Source: an uncultured bacterium
Lineage (GTDB): Bacteria; Omnitrophota; Omnitrophia; Omnitrophales; Aquincolibacteriaceae
Length of the DNA: 64,000 nt
Direction: 5' to 3'
Assembly (NCBI GenBank): GCA_964373045.1
Contig: CAYJSI010000001.1
Location: 31,650 to 95,649, forward strand
Numbering within the stretch: position 1 is the first letter of the stretch; each line of letters starts with the position of its first letter. The notes under the pieces were generated by a model. That model was given only the letters and a program-made list of their open reading frames with translations, searched no databases and was not told the DNA's origin. Both the position numbers and the translations under genes were made by a program. This document shows positions 28,131 to 37,260 of the stretch, in pieces.

Positions 28131-29138
28131 ATGCCGTCCGTGACGCAATCTGATTTTGGTGTTGGGATTTCCGGACTTGGAAAATATCTTCCTCGGAAAA
28201 CGATCACCAACGCCGAGTTAGGTAAAAAAATCAAGATCCTCCCTTCTGAAATTTCTGAGCGCTCAGGCATCACGACCCGCCATTTTGCCGGAAAAGATGA
28301 GTCAGCTTCCCGGATGTCGGCCGACGCCGCAAACGCTGCGCTTCGCCAAGCAGGCGTCAAAGCTGACAAGATCAATCTGATTATCTGCTGCACAACTTCG
28401 GGGGATTACCTATTTCCCGCCACGGCCGCAAAGGTTCAAGGCTTGATCGGTGCGGAGCATGCGGCTGCCTTTGATCTTTCGGCAAGCGCGGCGAGCTTTC
28501 CTCTGGCGCTCGGTCTCGCCCATGACCGATTGCGTTCCCGTCCGGAGCTAAATCATATTTTAGTGATCGGCACGGCGGTGCAGTCGCCTTTTATTGACTG
28601 GCGGAATCATAGCCTTGCGGCCTTGCTCGGGGACGGGTCCGGGGCCGCTCTTCTTTCTCGTGTCCCTGTGCCCTACGGCATTCTTGCCAATGAATCAATA
28701 GTCAAAGGGGAACTCTTTGAAGCGGCACGCTTGCGGGGCGGGGGGTCCGCCTTTCCCATGAAAAAAGACAACGTCGATCAAGGATTGCAATATATCGAAA
28801 TGGATGGCCCTACGATCGGTCGTGAGTTTCTTAAAACACAGCCGCAATTAATCGATCAAGCCCTCAGCCGAGCCGGTCTGAAGCGTTCAGATATTGATTT
28901 AATTATTTTTCACCAAGCCAATCTCCGTCTGATTCAATATGCCATGGAGCGCCTTAAGCTCCCCATGTCAAAAACCTATGCTAATGTCAGCCGAGTCGGC
29001 AACACGGCTGAGGCCTCCATCCCCATGGCCTTGTGTGAAGCTGGGGAGAAGGGCTTGATCAAGCGGGGCTCGCTCGTTGTCTTATCCGGGGTCGGTGCCG
29101 GCTGCATCTTGAGCGTCACGGTGATGCGATGGCATTAA
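28131..29138 (+). CDS. 3-oxoacyl-ACP synthase III (FabH)-like protein, apparently lacking the nucleophilic Cys
   Basis: FHQANLRLIQ (His) and GNTAEASIP (Asn) are conserved. The region corresponding to FabH AFDVAAACAGF reads AFDLSASAASF, with no Cys. Confidence 0.55.
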   Translation: MPSVTQSDFGVGISGLGKYLPRKTITNAELGKKIKILPSEISERSGITTRHFAGKDESASRMSADAANAALRQAGVKADKINLIICCTTSGDYLFPATAAKVQGLIGAEHAAAFDLSASAASFPLALGLAHDRLRSRPELNHILVIGTAVQSPFIDWRNHSLAALLGDGSGAALLSRVPVPYGILANESIVKGELFEAARLRGGGSAFPMKKDNVDQGLQYIEMDGPTIGREFLKTQPQLIDQALSRAGLKRSDIDLIIFHQANLRLIQYAMERLKLPMSKTYANVSRVGNTAEASIPMALCEAGEKGLIKRGSLVVLSGVGAGCILSVTVMRWH

Positions 29139-30124
29139 ATATGCAGGATTCCTCCATCACTTATATTTTTGCGGCGGAGAAGGATGCGCCAGAGCTCGCC
29201 CAACTCTACGCAGAATTTTACCCTCATCTTTTGTGGTCGGAAGCGTATCTTAAGTGGCAATATTTTGAGAACCCGGCCGGCCAGGCTCGCGTCCTTGTGG
29301 CAAAAATTGGCAATAAAATCATCGCCACTTACGCCATGGTTCCTCACACGATGAAGATCCGAGGCAGGCTCAAAACAGGATTCAGGATCCAGGATGCGCT
29401 CACGCGCCCGGAGTACCGCGGGTATGGGATCTATCACGCTTTCTCGCGGCGGGCAAAAAAGGAACTTATGATTCCCGATTACCCCGTCAATTTTACCTTT
29501 CCCAATGATAAGTCGTATAACGGGTTTATCAAAACGGGTTGGCAATCGGTCTTCAAAATTCCCTTAAGGATTGTACCGAATCCTCAGAAGATAGACTTGG
29601 GTGATGTCTCAGCCAAGATCGAACCCTTGACTCAGTTCAATGAACGCACAGATCAAATCTGGAGTTCATTCCTAAAATCCTGCTGCGTTGACTACGCCGT
29701 CGAGAGATCCGCAGCCTATTTAAACTGGCGTTATCTCAAACGCCCCGGAGCCACGTATCATCCTTTCGTCGTGCATTCAAAAGAAGATCGGCTTGTCATC
29801 ATCCTTAAAGATTACGAGCGTGAAAATGGGGAGCGCTGGGCTCACATCTGCGATCTTTTTCAGTCCAATCCCAACCCTCCCTTGACCGAAGCGGCTCTTG
29901 TTTTTGCCATCCGTTTTGCCTCGGAACGCAAATGCCGGGCGTTGAGTTTGTGGTCTCTTCCCGGTGGTCCGATAAGCGAGGCGCTTAAAAGGTATCCGAA
30001 CAAAGAACCCAAAGATTTTAGCCGGTGGTTTGTTTTGAATGTCAATCCTGCTGATGAAATAGTAGCGCCGTGTGTTGATGCCGGCCGTTGGCATCTTTCC
30101 ATGGGGGATAGCGATGTCTACTAA
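29129..30124 (+). CDS. FemAB-like / GNAT-fold two-domain acyl- or aminoacyl-transferase
   Basis: 331 aa. The first half has a GNAT-like core (VLVAKIGNKIIATYAMVPH...RGYGIYHAF). The second half repeats the fold, as in FemAB-related PEP-CTERM-associated proteins. Confidence 0.4.
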   Translation: MALNMQDSSITYIFAAEKDAPELAQLYAEFYPHLLWSEAYLKWQYFENPAGQARVLVAKIGNKIIATYAMVPHTMKIRGRLKTGFRIQDALTRPEYRGYGIYHAFSRRAKKELMIPDYPVNFTFPNDKSYNGFIKTGWQSVFKIPLRIVPNPQKIDLGDVSAKIEPLTQFNERTDQIWSSFLKSCCVDYAVERSAAYLNWRYLKRPGATYHPFVVHSKEDRLVIILKDYERENGERWAHICDLFQSNPNPPLTEAALVFAIRFASERKCRALSLWSLPGGPISEALKRYPNKEPKDFSRWFVLNVNPADEIVAPCVDAGRWHLSMGDSDVY

Positions 30125-30899
30125 AACGAAATGCGGTTTCGGAATCGCCCATTACGAGGAAATTCTTTCCACCGGGATTGAGAAGGGGTATCGATTCATC
30201 CGTTTCGACGAACTGTCAAAACAAGCCGCGGGTCAGAAACTCTGCGTTCTTCGTCATGACGTTGATTACCTGCCGGAACGAAATCTCAGGTTTGCAGAAA
30301 TTGAAAATCGTTTAGGGATCCGTGCCGCCTATTTTTTTCAAATTGGTGCCATGCCGTACAATTTGCGGGAGGCTAAAAATTATAGGGTGGTCCGAGAGCT
30401 TTCGAAGATGGGTCATGTCATCGGCCTTCACTTTGATTTCACATGGAAAGAGAATGTTCGGTGGGACGAATTAGCGGCCCTGTGCAAGGGCGATAAAAAA
30501 GTATTCCAGGCGATTACTGGGATAACCCCCTGCGAAATCATTTCATTCCACAACCCGCATCGCTTCACCGAACGGATTCTCAATCAAAAAATAGCCGGGA
30601 TGTGTCATACGTACGAAGCAGATTACTTTTCTTCGATTAAGTATATTTCGGACAGCCAGGGATGGTACGAGGGCTGCATGTGCGGCCTTTTCCGCTCTGC
30701 GAAATATCCGGCCTATCAATTTCTGACGCATGACTATATCTGGCCGGACCGATCCTCGGGAGATTTCATCACGGACATGGCCCATATGATCAAGGGCAGG
30801 GGCAATGAGCTCCTGCGGTACATGATCGAGTTCCATCCTGTCTGCCGCAAGCACCAGGATCGCCTTCGCAAAGAGCTGGCTCACTTGCGCACGCAATAG
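30114..30899 (+). CDS. Polysaccharide deacetylase-like (CE4 superfamily) protein
   Basis: VLRHDVDYLPERNL...IGLHFDF resembles NodB-type metal-site motifs. The ATG at 30114 is preferred over the overlapping track start at 30072. Confidence 0.4.
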   Translation: MSTKTKCGFGIAHYEEILSTGIEKGYRFIRFDELSKQAAGQKLCVLRHDVDYLPERNLRFAEIENRLGIRAAYFFQIGAMPYNLREAKNYRVVRELSKMGHVIGLHFDFTWKENVRWDELAALCKGDKKVFQAITGITPCEIISFHNPHRFTERILNQKIAGMCHTYEADYFSSIKYISDSQGWYEGCMCGLFRSAKYPAYQFLTHDYIWPDRSSGDFITDMAHMIKGRGNELLRYMIEFHPVCRKHQDRLRKELAHLRTQ

Positions 30900-30967
30900 T
30901 TTCTCTCCCTTTCCTTCATTGAATATCATTGACTATTACTGACGTCTAATGATACATTTGCGCATTC

Positions 30968-32131
30968 ATGAAGATCATTCCCTACAGTCGCCAAACTATT
31001 CTCGCGCAGGACATCCGGGCCGTTTCACAAACCTTGCGCGCGGGCTGGATCACCCAGGGCCCCAAAATTTCCGAGTTTGAAAGCGCTATCGCGCTCTATT
31101 GCGGGGCCAAATATGCCGTGGCTGTCGCGAATGGAACCGCCGCGCTTCACTTGGCCTGTTTAGCCGTCGGATTAGGCAAGGGAGACGAAGCCGTTACGAC
31201 TCCGATCTCTTTTCTTGCAACTTCAAACGCCGTAATCTATGCGGGAGCGACGCCTGTATTTGCGGATATCGATTACGACACCATCAATATCGATCCTGAA
31301 AAAATCCGGACTCAAATCACGGCGAGGACAAAAGTCATCTTGCCGGTTGATTTTGCAGGGCTTCCGGCCCCCATGAAAGAAATTAAAAAATTGGCCTCAC
31401 GACACGGCCTGGCGGTCATTGAAGACGCCTCTCACGCCCTAGGGGCCCGGTATGACCGGACCGCAAAAGTGGGGTCGTGCCGGTATTCCGATATGACGAC
31501 GTTTAGTTTTCATCCCGTAAAACATATCACGACAGGGGAGGGCGGGTGCATCACCACCAACAGCCGCGTCCTTTATGAGAAGCTGAAGGCCCTTCGAAGC
31601 CACGGCGTTTATCGCAACAGCGGCGTGCAAAAAAAACTGGGACCCTGGTACTACGAAATGAAAGAGCTTGGGATGAATTATCGACTCACCGACTTCCAGG
31701 CCGCCTTGGGGATGTCGCAGCTGAGACGTCTCGAGCAGTTCATTGAGCGCCGGGACCTGATTTGTAAAAGATATGACGAGGCCTTCCGCGATCTGAAAAA
31801 AGTGCTAAAAATTCCGACGCAGAAAATCCTGCAGGGAAGTCACGTCCGGCATTTGTATTTACTCCGTTTAGCGGCAGAGCGGCCCGCCCCTTTACGGCGC
31901 CGGCTCTTTGATTATTTGCGGGCTAACCGTATCCAACCGCAAGTGCACTACATCCCTATTTACCGCCAACCGTATTACCGGCGTTTCTTTCAAAATAAGA
32001 AAGTGCGCTGTCCTCAGGCGGACCGTTATTATGATGAAGTGCTCAGCCTTCCTCTCTATCCTGATATGAAAGAGCATGAAATCCGTCACACGATCAATAC
32101 CGTAAAAAGATTTTTCGGCTCATTTTTATGA
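30968..32131 (+). CDS. pseC: UDP-4-keto-6-deoxy-HexNAc C4 aminotransferase (DegT/DnrJ/EryC1 family), PseC-like
   Basis: IIPYSRQTI...GPKISEFE...SFHPVKHITTGEGG (catalytic Lys motif typical of PseC). Confidence 0.65.
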   Translation: MKIIPYSRQTILAQDIRAVSQTLRAGWITQGPKISEFESAIALYCGAKYAVAVANGTAALHLACLAVGLGKGDEAVTTPISFLATSNAVIYAGATPVFADIDYDTINIDPEKIRTQITARTKVILPVDFAGLPAPMKEIKKLASRHGLAVIEDASHALGARYDRTAKVGSCRYSDMTTFSFHPVKHITTGEGGCITTNSRVLYEKLKALRSHGVYRNSGVQKKLGPWYYEMKELGMNYRLTDFQAALGMSQLRRLEQFIERRDLICKRYDEAFRDLKKVLKIPTQKILQGSHVRHLYLLRLAAERPAPLRRRLFDYLRANRIQPQVHYIPIYRQPYYRRFFQNKKVRCPQADRYYDEVLSLPLYPDMKEHEIRHTINTVKRFFGSFL

Positions 32132-33168
32132 TTAAACGTGTTTTGATTAGGGCCGATGCCCATAGCCGGGTCGGGTACGGTCATCTCATGCGTTCAATCG
32201 CTTTGGCTCAGGCCTTGAGCAGGGAAGGAGTCGCGGTCAGCTTCTGTACCGCCACTTCCGAGGATTCCCTGTGTCGTTATTTACAAGCACAAGCCTTCCC
32301 GACGCACTTTTTAACTCTCTCCGAGAAAGAATTAGGCTCCGACCGGGATCTGGAACAGATGCAAAAATGGATCGCCTCGCCGCCGGATTGGGTGGTGTTA
32401 GACAACGAATATTTTGCAACATCATACCAAACGCTAGTTCGCGAGACTGGGGCACGTCTACTTGTGTTGGATGATCACAATCGACGAGATTTTGATGCCG
32501 ATCTCATCGTCAACCATTCTCTTCATGCGGAAACTCTGGGATATAAAAAAGGGGGCGGGTGTCGGCGTCTTTTGGGACCTCGTTATGCCTTAATTCGCCA
32601 GGAGCTTCTCGATTTTCCACAAACTGAAAACAAATGCCTACGGCACGTGCTCGTCACGTTAGGGGGAAGTCCTCAGGAGGAAATGTATAAAAAAATTCTC
32701 ACTGCTTTATCGCAAATCAAAACCCACGAACTCCAAATACGGCTATTAGCGGGGTCGTCTCAGCGATCGGTTATTCAAAGCTTAACGGCCAAATTTCACT
32801 CTCATGAGATCGAGCTTTGCGAGACAAGTTTCGACTTGGCATCACTCTATGATTGGGCCGGTTTAGCAGTTTGCGCAGCAGGTGGCACTTGTCTTGAGCT
32901 ATGTTTTTTTGGCGTGACAGGACTTGTTGGAGCGTTGGAGTCTTGTCAGCTACCCGTTACTGAATCCCTGGCTACAGCGGGCATATTTCAGTCGATCGGA
33001 GATTACAGGGCAGCAAAACCGGATGATTTAGCTCACGCGATAAGTCTACTCCTAAAATCTCCCTCAGAGGAAAATGTTAGATGCACAAAAATCGGACGCC
33101 TTATAGACGGAGGGGGGGCGAATCGTATTTTAGATGTAATAAAAATGATTACTAATGACATCCTATAA
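32128..33168 (+). CDS. pseG: UDP-2,4-diacetamido-2,4,6-trideoxy-beta-L-altropyranose hydrolase (PseG-like, GT-B fold)
   Basis: N-terminal RADAHSRVGYGHLMRSIALAQAL matches the PseG signature R.D....G.GH..R...LA. Overlaps pseC by 4 nt. Confidence 0.55.
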   Translation: MIKRVLIRADAHSRVGYGHLMRSIALAQALSREGVAVSFCTATSEDSLCRYLQAQAFPTHFLTLSEKELGSDRDLEQMQKWIASPPDWVVLDNEYFATSYQTLVRETGARLLVLDDHNRRDFDADLIVNHSLHAETLGYKKGGGCRRLLGPRYALIRQELLDFPQTENKCLRHVLVTLGGSPQEEMYKKILTALSQIKTHELQIRLLAGSSQRSVIQSLTAKFHSHEIELCETSFDLASLYDWAGLAVCAAGGTCLELCFFGVTGLVGALESCQLPVTESLATAGIFQSIGDYRAAKPDDLAHAISLLLKSPSEENVRCTKIGRLIDGGGANRILDVIKMITNDIL

Positions 33169-33184
33169 CTAGTAAGAATAGTTA

Positions 33185-33213
33185 TTGACACTAAATAACC
33201 ATCATGCTAAAGT
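33185..33213 (+). promoter_or_regulatory. Sigma70-like promoter TTGACA-17 nt-TAAAGT
   Basis: Seen in the 66-nt gap after pseG, 22 nt upstream of the HTH ORF. Confidence 0.35.
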
Positions 33214-33234
33214 TACACCTCCCAAATCAACAAA

Positions 33235-33522
33235 TTGGATAACCGAGGCCCTATGGAAATCAATGAAAATGAGGTTTATACGACTGCAGAAATGCGGCAA
33301 ATCTTGAAGATTAGCCAGAGCACGGCGATGCGAATGCTTAAAACCGGTCTTATTCGTGCCGCGAAAGTGGGAAAGCAATACCGGATCATGGGAAAAGAAC
33401 TTTTGCGCCTTGTTTCACCTAAACTCGAAGACGAAGTGGGCAAAATTTACAACAAGGGACGGAGCTGGGTTCATGAGGGGGTCGGTCAAAACCCTAAATC
33501 GGTAGCGCAAAATGAGCTTTAA
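33235..33522 (+). CDS. Helix-turn-helix DNA-binding protein, excisionase/MerR-like family
   Basis: YTTAEMRQILKISQSTAMRMLKTGLIRAAKVGKQYRI matches the excisionase-family HTH pattern. It carries a C-terminal extension and overlaps the pseB start by 11 nt. Confidence 0.45.
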   Translation: MDNRGPMEINENEVYTTAEMRQILKISQSTAMRMLKTGLIRAAKVGKQYRIMGKELLRLVSPKLEDEVGKIYNKGRSWVHEGVGQNPKSVAQNEL

Positions 33523-34582
33523 GGAATTATTTAAAGGTAAGACCGTCTTAATCACCGGCGGTACCGGATCTTTCGGAAAAAAATTCACGCGAAAAGTCTT
33601 GCAAGAATGCCACCCTAGGCGTTTGATCATTTTTAGCCGGGACGAATTCAAGCAATTTGAATTGTCCCAAACTATCAGCCCGAAGGACCACGACACCATC
33701 CGCTATTTTGTCGGCGATGTTCGCGATAAAGAGCGCCTTTATCGTGCTTTTCATAAGGTGGATTACGTAATTCACGCCGCCGCCTTGAAGCAAGTTCCCG
33801 CCTGCGAATACAATCCCTTTGAAGCTGTAAAAACCAACATTCTTGGAGCTCAAAATGTCATCGATGCCGCTATTGATCAAGGTGTGAAAAAGGTCCTTGC
33901 CTTAAGTACGGATAAAGCGGCCAATCCTATCAACCTTTACGGTGCGACAAAATTATGCTCCGACAAACTTTTTGTTGCAGGTAACTCATATTCCGGCGCG
34001 GACAACTGTTGTTTTGCCGTAGTGCGGTACGGCAATGTCATCGGCAGTCGCGGCAGCGTTATTCCTTCTTTTCTCGAGCAGCGTAAAACAGGTGTGTTAT
34101 CAATCACAGACCCTCAAATGACTCGCTTTTGGATCACGTTGGATTACGCTGTTGATTTCGTACTTTCTTGCTTGGAATCCATGGTCGGCGGGGAGCTTTT
34201 TATCCCAAAAATTCCAAGCATGAATATCATGGACCTTGTGAAAGTTATTGCACCTAAATGTGCCACGAAAATCATAGGCATTCGGCCCGGGGAAAAGCTT
34301 CACGAAGTTTTGCTGCCTCAAAATGAAGCCCGAAAAACCTTAGAACTGGAAACTCATTATATTGTCCAGCCTGATTTTGAGTTTTGGGGAAAGCGGTTTA
34401 TCAAAAACAGTGGAAAACCAGTCGCGCATGACTTTGAATATAACTCGCAAACGAACCCATACTTTCTCGCCGCTGATGAGATGCGCAAAATTATCGTCGA
34501 ACAAATGGAAGGATTCGGCGTGCTTGATGAAGCGATTGAAAAAAGATATAAAAAAGATAAAGCGAAAATGAGGGTTTGCTGA
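33512..34582 (+). CDS. pseB: UDP-N-acetylglucosamine 4,6-dehydratase (inverting) PseB/FlaA1
   Basis: Near-identical signature blocks to PseB: KTVLITGGTGSFGK, FVGDVRDKERL, HAAALKQVP, EYNPFEAVKTNILGAQNVIDAA, LSTDKAANPINLYGATKLCSDKLFVAGN. Confidence 0.8.
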   Translation: MSFKELFKGKTVLITGGTGSFGKKFTRKVLQECHPRRLIIFSRDEFKQFELSQTISPKDHDTIRYFVGDVRDKERLYRAFHKVDYVIHAAALKQVPACEYNPFEAVKTNILGAQNVIDAAIDQGVKKVLALSTDKAANPINLYGATKLCSDKLFVAGNSYSGADNCCFAVVRYGNVIGSRGSVIPSFLEQRKTGVLSITDPQMTRFWITLDYAVDFVLSCLESMVGGELFIPKIPSMNIMDLVKVIAPKCATKIIGIRPGEKLHEVLLPQNEARKTLELETHYIVQPDFEFWGKRFIKNSGKPVAHDFEYNSQTNPYFLAADEMRKIIVEQMEGFGVLDEAIEKRYKKDKAKMRVC

Positions 34583-35805
34583 TGATTCGATGCACGAAAT
34601 GCGTGATGCCCGAGACCCAGGAAACGATTCATTTTGATAGCGAGGGCGTATGTAGTGTATGTCGCCAGCATGAGTATAAGCAAAACGTCAAATTCGATGG
34701 GCCGCAGAAAAAGCAAGAGTTTGATTCTCTGATCCAGCAATACCGGGATAAATATGACTATGACTGCATTGTGCCTTTTAGCGGTGGCAAGGACAGTACG
34801 TTTACGCTTTATCATCTGGTTAAGGAATATAAAGTTAAGCCGCTCGTGGTTCAGTTCGATCACGGATTTTTCCGCCCCAAGTTGCTTGAAAATAACAAAC
34901 GCACATTTCGAAAATTAGGCGTGGATGTTCATAGCTTTGCGCCGAATTGGCATGTTGTTCGAAAGCTCATGCTGCAGTCCTTGCTTGAGAAAGGCGATTT
35001 TTGCTGGCATTGTCATACCGGTGTTTATTCCTATCCCATGTGGGTGGCCATCCGCTATAAAGTACCGCTTGTAATTTGGGGCGAGCCCTCAACGGAATAT
35101 ACTTCTTACTATAGTTACGACCAGCAGGAAGAAGTAGATGAAAAGAGGTTTAATCGAATTGTTAACCTTGGTATTAACGCGGACGATATGGCGCTGCGTC
35201 TGCAAGGGGCTCTTGAGGAGCGCGATTTAAAGCCATTTAAGTATCCTCTGTTAAAAGAACTAAAGGCACTTAATTACCGCTCCGTTTGCCTTGGATCTTA
35301 CCTCCCTTGGGATACAAAAAAACAGGCGCAGGTGTTACGTGAAAACTTAGGATGGGAAGGGGATGAAGTCGAAAATGTCCCCCCAGTTTATCATTACGAA
35401 AAAATCGAATGCTACATGCAGGGAGTACGCGACTATTTAAAATATATAAAAAGAGGTTTTACTCGTCCTACGCATCTCGCTTCACTTGATTTGCGCAACG
35501 GCCGAATGACAAAGGATCAGGCCCTAGAAATGATTCGGCAATATGAAGGGAAACGCCCGGCGAGTCTTGATATTTTTTTGCAGCTACTGGGAATCACTGA
35601 AGAGGAATTTATGGAGATTGCGATGAGCCATGCGGTCTCTCCTTACGAACACGATCCCACCAAAGTTTCGTCCGGAAAAAAGACAAAAGATTTCGATCAA
35701 TGGAGCCAGGAAGGAGCGATGTCTCACGATGAAGCTCTTAAGCAAATACGAAGGTGGCGTGATAAATCCGAGAAGAAGTCCGAGACCGAAATACAAATTG
35801 AATGA
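34576..35805 (+). CDS. pseA: N-acetyl sugar amidotransferase (PP-loop ATPase; WbuX/PseA-like)
   Basis: SGGKDSTFTLYHL PP-loop, plus an N-terminal Cys-rich motif (CTKC...CSVC). Confidence 0.6.
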   Translation: MLMIRCTKCVMPETQETIHFDSEGVCSVCRQHEYKQNVKFDGPQKKQEFDSLIQQYRDKYDYDCIVPFSGGKDSTFTLYHLVKEYKVKPLVVQFDHGFFRPKLLENNKRTFRKLGVDVHSFAPNWHVVRKLMLQSLLEKGDFCWHCHTGVYSYPMWVAIRYKVPLVIWGEPSTEYTSYYSYDQQEEVDEKRFNRIVNLGINADDMALRLQGALEERDLKPFKYPLLKELKALNYRSVCLGSYLPWDTKKQAQVLRENLGWEGDEVENVPPVYHYEKIECYMQGVRDYLKYIKRGFTRPTHLASLDLRNGRMTKDQALEMIRQYEGKRPASLDIFLQLLGITEEEFMEIAMSHAVSPYEHDPTKVSSGKKTKDFDQWSQEGAMSHDEALKQIRRWRDKSEKKSETEIQIE

Positions 35806-36431
35806 ATGGGTCTGTGATCGGGGTTGTCGATTATGCTCGCGGAAATTTGCTTTCGATCATGAATGCGCTCCGAATGATTCCGGGTGTGAAGCTGGTCTTA
35901 TGCCGCACCCCCGAGCAGATCATGAAAGCGGATCGTATCATCTTACCCGGGGTCGGCGCTTTTGGAGATGGAATGGCCAATTTAAAGTTTTCAGGCCTCA
36001 TCGAGCCACTGCGGGAAGCAGCGTTAAATAAGAAAAAACCATTTCTGGGAATTTGTTTGGGTATGCAGCTTCTGGCCCGCAAAGGTTATGAATCGGGCGT
36101 CTATGATGGCCTTGGCTGGATAGACGGCGAAGCTATTCGACTAGCGCCGGAAGATCCTAAATTTAAAGTTCCGCATGTAGGTTGGAATGATGTTCAATGG
36201 AAATCGAACAGCCCTATTTTTCAAGGGTTGCCAGAATTTCCGGATTTTTATTTCGTTCACTCTTATTATCTAAAGTGTGATGCAACTCACATTGACGCCA
36301 CAGTGGATTACGGGGGGCGGGTAACAGCGGCCATTCGCAAAGAAAATATTGCCGGGGTGCAGTTTCATCCTGAAAAAAGTCAGGATATGGGACTCAAAAT
36401 TTTAGAGAATTTTGTAAATTGGAACCCCTAA
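35802..36431 (+). CDS. Class-I glutamine amidotransferase, HisH-like (WbuY-type)
   Basis: IGVVDYARGNL...ILPGVGAFGD...GICLGMQLL...HVGWN...FHPEKS are GATase catalytic-triad motifs. Confidence 0.7.
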   Translation: MNGSVIGVVDYARGNLLSIMNALRMIPGVKLVLCRTPEQIMKADRIILPGVGAFGDGMANLKFSGLIEPLREAALNKKKPFLGICLGMQLLARKGYESGVYDGLGWIDGEAIRLAPEDPKFKVPHVGWNDVQWKSNSPIFQGLPEFPDFYFVHSYYLKCDATHIDATVDYGGRVTAAIRKENIAGVQFHPEKSQDMGLKILENFVNWNP

Positions 36432-36439
36432 GTTAGCAA

Positions 36440-37234
36440 ATGCTAAAGAAGCGGCTTATTCCCAAGCTGTTATTAAAGCGGCGCCTGATCGATCGGGCTG
36501 AAAAACTTGTGCTGGTGACATCATTGATGTACCGTGATTTTTTTGAAATTGGCGATCCGGTTTCGCAGGCAAAAATTTACGAAGCCCAAGCTGCTGATGA
36601 ACTACTTTTTCTTGATCTTGACCGCTCCCTTTTGGGACCACAACGTGACATGCTGGGACAAGTCATCGTGAAAGTCGCTGAAGAAATATTTATGCCGTTG
36701 ACTGTGGGCGGTGGAGTTCAGACGTTAGATGATATTAGGTTCTTGCTTTTAAACGGTGCCGATAAAATTAGCATCAATACCAGTGCGCTTGAAAATCCTG
36801 GATTGATTAATGAGGCCGCTTGCGCCTATGGCTCGCAGTGCGTTATCGTGAGTATCGATTTTCGAAAAGACGAGTTCGGTTCCTATTGGGTTTGGGCTAA
36901 TGGAGGGAAAATGAAAACGGATTATGACCCCGCTTCTTGGGCAATCGAGGCTGAGAAAAGAGGCGCCGGAGAAATTCTGCTTTCCTCCATTGATCGCGAC
37001 GGCACGCAAACAGGTTTAGAGCTTGAGGTCGTCCGTGATGTCAGTAACCGTGTCTCGATTCCGGTCATTGCGTCGGGGGGATGCGGTGTCGCCAAACATT
37101 TTATTGAAGGTTTTTATCAGGGTAACGCGGATGCGGTAGCCGCGGGAACCTTTTTCGCTTCAAAAGATCAAAGTCCAATGCAGACAAGATCTCATCTTAA
37201 AAATGCCGGCATACCTATACGAACTCATTTTTAA
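36440..37234 (+). CDS. Imidazole-glycerol-phosphate synthase cyclase subunit HisF-like (WbuZ-type)
   Basis: (beta/alpha)8 HisF motifs: LTVGGGV, IDRDGTQTG, VIASGG. Confidence 0.7.
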   Translation: MLKKRLIPKLLLKRRLIDRAEKLVLVTSLMYRDFFEIGDPVSQAKIYEAQAADELLFLDLDRSLLGPQRDMLGQVIVKVAEEIFMPLTVGGGVQTLDDIRFLLLNGADKISINTSALENPGLINEAACAYGSQCVIVSIDFRKDEFGSYWVWANGGKMKTDYDPASWAIEAEKRGAGEILLSSIDRDGTQTGLELEVVRDVSNRVSIPVIASGGCGVAKHFIEGFYQGNADAVAAGTFFASKDQSPMQTRSHLKNAGIPIRTHF

Positions 37235-37260
37235 AACCGTCTTATGAGGGCGCTTCCATT

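Noticed and set aside
30900-30967. Short direct repeat TCATTGA...TCATTGA and a TTGACT -35-like hexamer upstream of pseC
   Set aside because: The -10 partner is weak (ATACAT/TACATT) and the repeat is only 7 nt, which is too little to call a regulatory site with any confidence. It may still be the pseC operon promoter.
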